Source: Hypanus sabinus
Lineage: Eukaryota
Reading direction: 5' to 3'
NCBI RefSeq assembly: GCF_030144855.1
Contig: NW_026779229.1
Location: 124,001-188,000 of the forward strand
Length of the DNA stretch: 64,000 nucleotides
Shown: positions 39,420 to 49,600 of the stretch, one piece after another
Layout: every line of letters begins with the position of its first letter
How positions within the stretch are numbered: position 1 is the stretch's first letter
Notes under the pieces: model-generated
The model's input: the letters and a program-made list of their open reading frames with translations, nothing else
Told to the model about the DNA's origin: nothing
Database searches by the model: none
Program-made: the position numbers and the translations under genes

Positions 39420-40660
39420 ATCCTGCTACTAATTCAATATGCCAGCAACAACCTCCGACAAATAAGAGACCCCGTGAATTTAATGTTTCGAGTGTTTCCA
39501 TTACTCATTGATGGAAAACAGTTGATGTATCTGTAAACTAAATGCGATGTCAGGCAAAATCACCCGCAGGAAATGGTCTAAATTTCATATGATGGCGCTG
39601 TGATCCTGCAATTTGTTTCCAGTAAGTGAACAATAAACTGAAGGAGAAGAGCATTCATATCGTGCTGTCGGCTTTGACAGGTTGTCATCTCTGGGAGATG
39701 GTAATCTTGGTACAGCCGCTCCCCAATAACCCATTGCCCAAAGTTTACAACTGCGGGCAACTCTTAAAGATGGCTTTTAAATGTACCAACTTAAAATCAG
39801 TGCAGATGCAGGCTAAGGGGGCACAGCTAAATCTGGAGAAACGGAATGTCCGCTGGTCAAAAAAGAACATTATTCCAAATGTATAATATTCCATCAGAGT
39901 TGAGAGCGCCCTTCCTTCTGCTGTCTCTGCAATAAACCTACAGCGATCTTTGCCCTGAGCTGTCGCTGGAGTTTATAAACTGAAAAAAAAACTGGTCCCG
40001 AGGTGAATAATAAATCCAAGCGACGGCACCAACCGAACGGAACCAGGATGCGGGTTATGATTCCTCTCTGGAGGTGGTAAAATTTTGTGCACTGAATTAT
40101 TAATTCTGGTTTGGAACACAAGTTAGAAAATCTCTTTGAAGCAAGGTGAGTTTGTCTGGGTTAACGCAAGCTTTGTGGAACAATGTGTGGCGTTACATGC
40201 TGAATACGGAAAAGTTCAGGTTTATGAGCGTGTTATCAACTGAACATTGTTCAGGGTGTGTTCACTTGTTGTTAGGGGCATAAAATGCAGAAGCTTGGAT
40301 TCCCTGAAACCAAACCCAGGAGTTCTGCATCAGGTAGGAACATTGACTGTATTCGGCAGTGTTACGGTGTTTTAATAGACCCACTTGTAACGGCAGCATT
40401 TCTAATATTTCTACCATATCAATGTTATCATTGAAATCGCGCGGCTTTACGGATCTGTGTGTTTTATTATTCTGTACGTGTATTTTTTAGGACAGACAGG
40501 GTAGATCTGTCAGTGATATTTATATTAACAAATATTGTGGTAATTCTCAGAGGCCTATATAAAAATAACAAATTCTACCCTCAGTGGGCACTTTACTATA
40601 TACCTCCCGTACCTAGTAATGTGCCCACTGAGTGCATGTCCGGGGGCTTCTGCAGCTGTT
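39420..40660 (+). repeat. Diverged tandem module copy F
   Basis: Shares TTTCCAGTAAGTGAAC, GCACAG(C/T)TAAATCTGG, GAACCAGGATGCGGG, CTGTCAGTGATATTT and the Tc1 left end, in the same order as copies A and C. Confidence 0.8.
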
Positions 40661-41885
40661 CCCCGTCCGATTCAATGCTCTCCACTGCGCTACCGTCCGC
40701 TTCAGTGCTGACCACTACCCTACCGTCTGCTTCAATGCTGACCACTGTGCTACCGTCCGCTTCAATGCTGACTACTACCCTACCGTCAGCTTCAATGCTG
40801 ATCACTGCGCTACCGTCCACTTCATTGCTGACCACTGCACTACCGTCCGCTTCAATGCTGACCAGTGCGCAACCGTCCGCTTCAATGCTGATCACTGCAC
40901 TACGGTCCGTTTCAATACTGACCACTACACTACCGTCCGCTTCAATGCTGACCACTGCACTACAGTCCGCTTCAATACTGACCACTACACTACCGTCCGC
41001 TTCAATGCTGACCACTACACTACCGTGCGCTTCAATGCTGACCACTGCACTACAGTCCGCTTCAATACTGACCACTACACTACCGTCCGCTTCAATGCTG
41101 ACCACTACACTACCGTCCGCTTCAATGCTGACCACTGCACTACAGTCCGCTTCAATACTGACCACTACACTACCGTCCGCTTCAATGCTGACCACTACAC
41201 TACCGTCCGCTCAATGCCCACCACTGTGCTACCGTCCGCTTCAATACTGACCACTACACTACCATTCACTTCACTGCTGACCAATACGGTACCGTCCGCT
41301 TCAATGCTGACCACTACACTACCATTCACTTCACTGCTGACCAATACGGTACCGTCCGCTTCAATGTTGACCACTGCGCTACCGTCCGGTTCAATACTGA
41401 GCACTACACTACCGTCCGCTTCAATGTTGACCACTGTTTTACCGTCCGCTTCAATGCTGACCACTACACTACCGTCCGCTTCAATGCTGACCACTACACT
41501 ACCATTCACTTCACTGCTGACCAATACGGTACCGTCCGGTTCAATGTTGACCACTGCGCTACCGTCCGGTTCAATACTGAGCACGACACTACTGTCCGCT
41601 TCAATGTTGACCACTGTTTTACCGTCCGCTTCAATGCTGACCACTACACTACCGTCCGCTTCAATGCTGACCACTACACTACCATTCACTTCACTGCTGA
41701 CCAATACGGTACCGTCCGCTTCAATGTTGACCACTGCGCTACCGTCCGGTTCAATACTGAGCACTACACTACCGTCCGCTTCAATGTTGACCACTGTTTT
41801 ACCGTCCGCTTCAATGCTGACCACTACACTACCGTCCGCTTCAATGCTGACCACTGTTTTACCGTCCACTTCAATGCTGACCACC
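40661..41885 (+). repeat. 30-bp minisatellite (consensus ACCACTACACTACCGTCCGCTTCAATGCTG, ~40 units) with 90-bp and 180-bp higher-order periodicity
   Basis: Units visible in register; a 1-nt deletion near 41210 shifts the phase. Confidence 0.97.
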
Positions 41886-42369
41886 GGGCTACTGCACCAC
41901 CAGATTTATCAACCTCAGCTTGTTTGATTTAGTAGAATTAGAGGTAAAATGACTTTACCCTCGGGTATTGGATGAATGGGGGCATCTGACAGCATTCGCT
42001 GGTATTAGAAAATCACGGGAGTTGATTTTAGTCACTGTTATTTCGATGGTGAGGAGATTTTACAAATGCATATATTTCAAATGAATTGAGCCCTTGCTGG
42101 ATACATTGAGTATCAAGCGGAGTCCAGGCAGGAATGTGGAGAACAGTTTTGCTGCTGTAGGGATAGCTGAAACTGGAGAAGATACATGAGGCTATTGCCA
42201 GGAGGTGGAAATTCTGTGTGTTTGGCATTCTCGTCCTTAAAGGGAAAGAGAAACAGAGTTTTTTTTTATCTGTTTAATTCCGCAGAACACAGATTCTCTA
42301 CAAACAAGGGAGCGACGTGTTGTGTCGCTGTGATCATAGAGAATGTCGGAACAGGACTGATGGGACAAA

Positions 42370-42700
42370 TGACCTGTTACTAATTCAACACTCTAACAAA
42401 TAAGAGACCCAGTGAATTTAATCTTTGGTGCTTTTGCATCGTTCTCTGACGAGGAGCGATACAACTATGTGTAAAGTAAATAGGATGCCAGGCAAATTCA
42501 CCAGCAGGAAATGATAATAATTTCATATGATTGCTGCTGTGATGTGGTAATTTGTTTCCAGTAAGTGAGCAATAATCTGAAGGAGAAGGGCGTCCTTATC
42601 TTGCTATCAATTTGTCAACTTTGACTGGTTGTCATCTGTGGGGGGGGGGGGGTGCGGGGTATCTCGGCACAGTTGGGGTAAGTGGAGAGAGAGACTGTCA
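42370..42700 (+). repeat. Diverged partial module copy G; candidate first exon/promoter of the NLR gene
   Basis: Collinear with 39420-39700, with a donor-like CCA|GTAAGT at 42561, 1.5 kb upstream of the first NLR-associated acceptor. Confidence 0.7.
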
Positions 42701-44101
42701 CTGTTCTGTGCAGGGAAAACAATGTGCATCCAAAACAATAAACAACTGACATTCAGATCACAAAAATGTGCCACGAACCAGATCATCCGAGCAACCGCCT
42801 GAGGAAACTATTAGTTGCAGGCTACAGCCTCAGTTCAGCGCAGAGACGAGTAAACCTCACGGAGTCCCTCTGCTCCGGCACCGACACCCTGACCATCTTG
42901 AATCTGGCCCGGCACTCAAATCGAGCAAACATGGCGTCATTCCTTGCTCTTGGAACCAGACCCTGCCACTTCGAATTGCTCTGGCCCGGACCCAGCTGCC
43001 TCGATTCCGAACGTATCCAACTTTCAAATTTGACCCAAACCTCGCGCCCTTCCTCAATTCAGGCTCGAATCCTTTGACCATCGCCTTGACCCGGTTCTCC
43101 CGAATTCGCCTTCAAGTCCACTGCTGCTATAGCCAAGCATTGGTTTATTCTCTGCTCTCGAACCTCGGCGCGCCGCCTCGATTCAGCCCGTACAGGTCAC
43201 GATGTAACCCTTCTAAACCTTAGAGACTTCAGTTCTCCCCGCAAAAATGTCAGGTTGTAAAAGCTATTCAAAAGTTCATCTCCGAAAGGGAAGTTACGGG
43301 CTATTGATTGCAGTATCTCCGAGAAATGTGTGTAAATAATACAATAATTTGTAGTTCTGTTTACCAGCGGCAAGGCGTGGTTGTGTCTCACCAGCATCAT
43401 CTTAAACGGGACAGTACAGTTGTTGCTTATAAGGCTCACAAAAATGGTAGTTTTTATATATCCGGAGCTTTTGAAGGCCTACGTGTTAGTCCTTATTTAT
43501 GAGGCCCATTTGATGACTCTGGGCCTGTAGTGAATGGAGTTCAGTGATGGTGGTGGGGCTGGGTGTCGGGGTGTATTTATTTAAACCTATCGAATGCTGA
43601 AAAAACCTGGGCACTGTGAACATGGAGAGGAAGTCTCCATCTGCTCAGAGCGCAAGCTGATCATAAATGTTTTCCTCTAAAACTGCGATGGAGGATTCTT
43701 TTTCTCAGCCAAAGCTTTGTTGATGCGTGAATATGCTGCCATATTTGTGATGGAGGCAATTACTGAAAACATTTATGCCAGAGTTTGACATATTCTTGAT
43801 TGCTAAGTAACTTCGGTGTTACATGAGGAATAAATAGAGCGTTGTGGGGGTGGGTTGGTGGTAATCATAAGGATCGAATAACGTGATTCTGCTCTGATAT
43901 CTTATGTTACCATGACTGAACGATGACTCCTTCATATCAGGTTCTGTGATGTGTGAGGGACAATTACAGATTTATTCACTGAGGTTGCTAAATTTGTCTT
44001 CAATGTTTAAATTCCAGTGAGTTTTGCTTTCAGGATATTGAGCACAAATGTTTTATTCTCCTTTATACTGTTAACATGCTTTATTATCTCTCCAATTAAA
44101 G

Positions 44102-44270
44102 TTAGACCTACGGTGAGAGATTTATTATTAGAAACGCCCACATCTGGAAGCAAACCATGACTGAAGACAAGCGAACATTAACAAGTGAACGAGTCTGAGG
44201 ATTGAGACTAGCAACTGGAGAGAACCCTTCTGACTCAGATTTGCCACTGATTCAGTCAGGAGAGAGGTCG
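44102..44270 (+). other. Probable 5'UTR exon of the NLR gene (13-codon uORF at 44157)
   Basis: Pyrimidine-rich tract ending aag|, donor TCG|GTGAGT at 44271; its ATG frame stops at 44196. Confidence 0.45.
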
Positions 44271-45674
44271 GTGAGTCTCATTGAAACGCTGGTCCTTTAG
44301 ATATTATATACCGGTACAATGGAAGGTAAAAAATAGTTGGAGGGAGACTGAATGTGCCCAGAAGTACCAGTTATGCCACTGCCAGACCCAGTTGCAATCG
44401 CTCCAGGTCTAGTGATGTGCTTTCAGCAGCCCAGCTCTTTAAAGCCACTCACATTCCCTCAGTGTTTGCTCATTTCAAATCTTGCATCTTCCGACGTAAC
44501 TTGTGCTCAGTTCCGATGCTTCCTTGCTTGTCTGCGTTACCGCATAATCATCTCAAAATGTGATAACAATTTATACCATAAATGCTTCGTGCTGTAGTGA
44601 TTGCAGAAATATGGAATTACCATGAGCTACAGTAACATGTCATTGAGGGCTCTGGTTGTTGCAAGCTGCAATGATTTACTTCCACTCGAGTATATCGACA
44701 TAGAAGCCTCAGCTGATAGCAAACCTTTTTGTAACACAATGTACAAACACCACAGTTCATTCAGTCCTCACAAGCAAATGACAACCAATGCTTTATCTTT
44801 GCGCACCCTGACGTCATCAAGTACTTTCTACTAATTACATTGTCAGAACCTGTGAACCAGACATTAAGCAGAGGTGAAAATTCGAAGATATTTTCCCATG
44901 GATGTTCTGTATTAGACTTCAGCAAAATCCTTGATAAGATCCCACATGGCAGCTTGGTCTGAAAGATTAGGCCCCTAATGCGGTCCACAGAAAGAGCAAG
45001 TTAGATGGATTTAACTTTAGCTTAAAAGTAGCAAGCAAAGTATAGTGATTGATGTTTTCTCCTCATGATCAAGGTGGGTAACTAGTGGTGTGCCGCCAGG
45101 GCTACAGGCTATTAACTTTTAAAATTCGTTATTTTGTAGCAATGATTTGAATGCGAGTGCAGAAGTCTTGACCAGTAAGTTCACGGATGACATAAAATTA
45201 GTAGACTGTGCTGACAGTGAAGATTCTCATAACTTATAGGTGATCGAAGTTGGCAGGGGTGGTAAATAGATTGCAAAACCAACAACGGTTTCACGCAAGA
45301 GTTTGGTGATTATGTGAAGGGAACTGCCCGTGTATGAGGCAGGCACAATTGTCTAATTACAGAAGCAGTTGGGATGTGTAGATGGAGTGAGGAATCCAGG
45401 AGAGAACTGGATCCATCATAGGAAATTGGGACCATCTTGGTGGGCACTGTGGTTGGCATTGACTCTTTGGGCAGAAGGATTTGTATCGGTGCTCTGTTGT
45501 CTGTGACTCTATCAGTAGGAAGCGTCAGATATCACTGAACAGACATACAAAAGTTGATAGAAACGGGGAAGGGTTGGCCCCTAATCCAACTGCTGCTATC
45601 ATACAGGGGATGGACCTGTTGTCATATTTTCAATCGTACTCTGACTCACTGTTTGCTTGTTATGTAATTCACAG

Positions 45675-45769
45675 CATCACCAGCAGGTGGAGCTTCCCCG
45701 CGCTGGAAGCAAAGTGTAAACAAGTCGACGACAATTAGCAATCTTCAGTCAGAATCAGAATGGCTACAG
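45675..45769 (+). other. Probable 5'UTR exon of the NLR gene
   Basis: Acceptor ttcacag|, donor CAG|GTATGT; 88-nt intron to the next acceptor at 45857. Confidence 0.4.
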
Positions 45770-45915
45770 GTATGTTCACTGGGAACTTCATAATTAAACT
45801 TCTGTCCTGTTACTGCACAAGATTTTAGATGAGGAAACTTGCACAGATGTTTAACAGATGTTAAAGTTTCATCCAAAAGGGCCATTGATCCTACTGGTAT
45901 TGCGGCCTTGAGTAA

Positions 45916-46033
45916 ATGAACAACGTAACAGTTACAGCGCAGGGACCTGTCACCGGTAATGTTGAAATCACTCCGCTCGCCATGCGAAGCTTCTCTTGTG
46001 TGAAAGAACCAGTAGGTTCCGAATTAGGTGGTG
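45916..46033 (+). CDS. NLR candidate first coding exon (MNNVTVTAQGPVTGNVEITPLAMRSFSCVKEPVGSELGG)
   Basis: Acceptor tttaacag| at 45857, ATG at 45916, donor G|GTGAGT in phase 1. Confidence 0.45.
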
Positions 46034-46613
46034 GTGAGTGAAACAGGAATGCAACAGCAGGTTTGTAGGTTATGTAAAAGTCAAGAGTCAGGGTCTGTTT
46101 TGCCTCTAGAGAGGTACTGATGTGTGAGACATCGCCAACTTTCATTAATAAAACTCAGTGCCAGTTGATAGGAACTTTTCCGCAATTTCAGAAATTGTGT
46201 GATAACACAGCATTTCATGTTTTGGAAAGGCAGCTATCAACCCCCTCTGGTCTTCTTGGCTGCTGCGCAAAGGAGATGAGGGGAGTTTACGAAATGTATT
46301 TTTTATAGCCGAGCCGAGAACATTGCCAGCGTTTGGAATGGCAAAGGATCAGGAGACAACTTACTACAGATATGTAGATATACCTGTGGTTTGTTTCAGT
46401 GTTCTAATACCCCAATGAATGTCTGCGCTGTGGACAAATGGTGAATTTGGTATCTCAAAAAAAAAGAGTTTGAATGCTGAAATATCACAGGAAAAATAAA
46501 ACCACAGGAGACAAACATTGAATCAAAAAAAAAAAGAATCGGGTCAATGTAATGTTATTGGTGTGTCGGAATAAAATGAACCCCATTGCATTTCAAGGTG
46601 GGATCTAGAGCGG

Positions 46614-46647
<34 letters not shown>

Positions 46648-49600
46648 GATGGAGGAACTCAGCAGGTCAGGCAGCAACTATGAAGGGAAATGAATAATCT
46701 AAGCCTGAGCTGAGACTCTGAATCAGAAAATGTGCTCATCCAATCCAATCTCTTGTAATTGAAATGTTCAATTTGATTTGCAATCTCTCCGGTATTAATA
46801 CATCCTTCCTGTAGTGTTGTTACCAGAAACGCACACACTATTCCAACTGATCCAACCAACAGTTTATAGCCTTGTCACAAGATCTCCCTGCGCCTGTATT
46901 CTGCGCTGCAGCTAATAACGGCAAACATTTTGTCAACTCCACGCATTGTATACCTGGAAACTCCGGGATTCAAAGTTAATTGAATTTATTATCAGTGTAC
47001 ATATAGACACCACAAAAATACTGAGGTTATTTTCTTGCGGGCAAGCCAGCCATCTGGATACAATACTGGCTAGGAGGAAGGAATACGAAGGTTAATAATT
47101 GGCGGGCTATTCAGTTTGGAGGCTTATGACCTGCAGTGTGGATGGGCACAAGGTCTACTGTTTGCTCCTTATTTTAAAAATTAGGTAGGTAAAGTTGTTA
47201 ATGTTGTTCGGAAGTTTGCAGGTGTCAGCGATATTGGTGGTAGAACGGACAGTGAAGGGGGTTATGTACATTTACAAGGGGACTGAGATGAACGTGAAAG
47301 GTGCACCAAAGAATAGGTTCATTCTGTAAAATTAAACAGGGCAGGAGATGCATAGCAAATAGTTGTTTTTCACCCAGTGGTGTGGACAGTTTGTTGCACA
47401 GTGAACAAAGTATGTGTGATCAAACGGATAGGACAGTCTGTAATCCAGTGACTCATCTGTGTGTGACACAGGCGATTGGACAGCGTGTAACTAAGGGATT
47501 TTTCTTCTTGTGGAAAATACACTCAGTAATATTTCCCGGTATCACCTGACGCTGTTCCCTTTAGATTTCCTGGTCATCAGCGCCGAGATAGTGATCAGTA
47601 TTACTATGTCTATACTGTTCTTTTTCTGGGAGTGCATGTGTCCCGTCACCGGTTTATCAGAATCAGTAACTAGTAGGAAGTGCAGTTCACGTTCACCAGC
47701 TCAGTCCCAATCCAAATCTGGTCAGCCAGAGTTTTGGCTCAGTTGTGCCCACCCATTGTGAATCCTTGTTCTGCTCAGCTCCAAATCACTTCAGTATAAC
47801 TTGCAACTCATCATTTATTTCAGGTGGGAAATGGTTCTGGACAGCAGTCAAGAGATTCTTCCCAGGCAATGCATCGATGGAAGATGATCAGGACACGGGA
47901 AGCAAGGTACCAAAGCAGAGTCGGATTGAGAGCGTTGTCCCAGGTGGATGCAGTCCGGCTGCAGAGAAAGGCGAACAAAATCAGCCCAGACATAGAGGTA
48001 TCAGGGACACTGATCCGTGCTCTGGAACCAGCACAAGTGGGCTCACGGTCTGTGAGCTCGGAAGCTCATTAAAGACGGAATGGTCAAGTCCCCAACAAGG
48101 AGCGGGTGAGTGAAATATGAGGGTGATGTGTTCGCAGAATGTGGCAGGGAGGAGAACATAAAAACATAAGAGCATAAGAAATAGGAACAGGGTAAGGCCA
48201 TCCAGCCCATCGAGCCTGCCCCGACATTCTATTAGATCATGGCTGATCTGTCTGTAAACTCAGCTCCATCAACCTGCGTTTTCCCCTGAACACTTAATTT
48301 CCTTACTATGTAAAGATCTATCGAACTGTATCTTAAATATATTTAGTGAGGAAGCCTCAACTGCTTCACTGGGCAGATAGTTCCACAGATTCACCACTCT
48401 TTGAGAAAAGCAGTTTCTCCTCATCTCTTTCCTAAATCTTCTCCCCTGAATCTTAAGGCAATGTCCCCTAGTTCTAGTCTCACCGACCAATGCAAACAAC
48501 TTTCCTACTTCTATCATATCTATCCATTTCAAAATTTTGTATGCTCATATAAGATCCCTTCTCATTCTTCTGAATTCCAGAATATAGTCCCAGGCAACTC
48601 TTTCTCCTCTCATAGGTTAACCGCTTCATTTCTGGAATCAACCTGGAGAACCTCCTCTGCACTGCCTCCAAAGCCAATATATCCTTCCTCAAGTATGGAG
48701 AGCAGAACTGCACGCAGTACTCCAGGTGCGGCTGCACCAGTACCCTGTATAGTTATAGCATGAGCTCCCTGCTCTTGATTTCAATCCCTCCAGCAATGAA
48801 GACCAACATTTTGTTTGCTTTCTTAATAACCTGTTGTACCTGCAAGCCAACTTTTTGCAATCCATGAACAAGCTCTCCCAAGTCTTTCTGCACAACAGCA
48901 TGCTGTAATCGTTCACCATTTAAATAATATTTGCTCTTCTATTATTCCTTCCAAAGTGGACGATATTGCATTCAGCATTGTTTATATTCCATCTGCCAGA
49001 CATTGACCTACTCTCTTAACCTATCTATATCCCTCTGCAGACTCTCCACATCCTCTGTACAATCTCCTTTTCCACTCAGTTTAGTGTCATCAGCAAAATT
49101 TTTCTACGGTATACTCAGTCCACTCTTTCAAAACATCAATCTGAATGGTAAACATCTGCGGGCCCAGCACTGACCCCTGCCACAGACTGCCAACCGGAGA
49201 AACACCCATTTTTACCAACTCTCTGCCTTCTATTCGTTAGCCAATCGACTATCCATGCCAATACACTTCCTCCGACTCCGTGCATCCATATCTTATTTTT
49301 AAGTCTCTTGTGCGGCTACTTATCGAACGCCTTCTGGAAATCCAAGTATACGACATCCACATGTCCCCCCGTCTTTTGATACATCCTTTTTCAAAAAGTT
49401 ATGTGACATTTGCTGTCTTCCAATCTGGAGGGTAAATGTGAGGTCTTATTGGAGGGTAGGTCAGAGGGGAGGGGAAATGTGTGGGACTGGTACATGTGAT
49501 GTAGTGGTGCACCGGTTACCCCACTACTGGAAATGTGTACTAGAAAATATGGAGCTGTACAAATGAAGAGTGCATTTCCGGTATGTGAATTAAGGGACAC

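Noticed and set aside
39626-39886. AQLNLEK resembling a Gypsy RT motif in the module
   Set aside because: No YxDD or other RT motifs nearby, and the frame is not preserved among copies.
40661-41885. CRISPR-like regular repeats
   Set aside because: Contiguous tandem units without unique spacers, no cas genes, eukaryotic context.
40459-41927. Long ORFs (263, 431, 199, 229 aa) resembling a mucin
   Set aside because: They arise from a 30-bp minisatellite that is stop-free in several frames on both strands. There is a frameshift near 41210 and no supporting gene structure.
42768-43223. 151-aa ORF in a GC-rich block
   Set aside because: No recognisable domain. It has internal short repeats and looks like a non-autonomous element, similar in style to 62300-62640.
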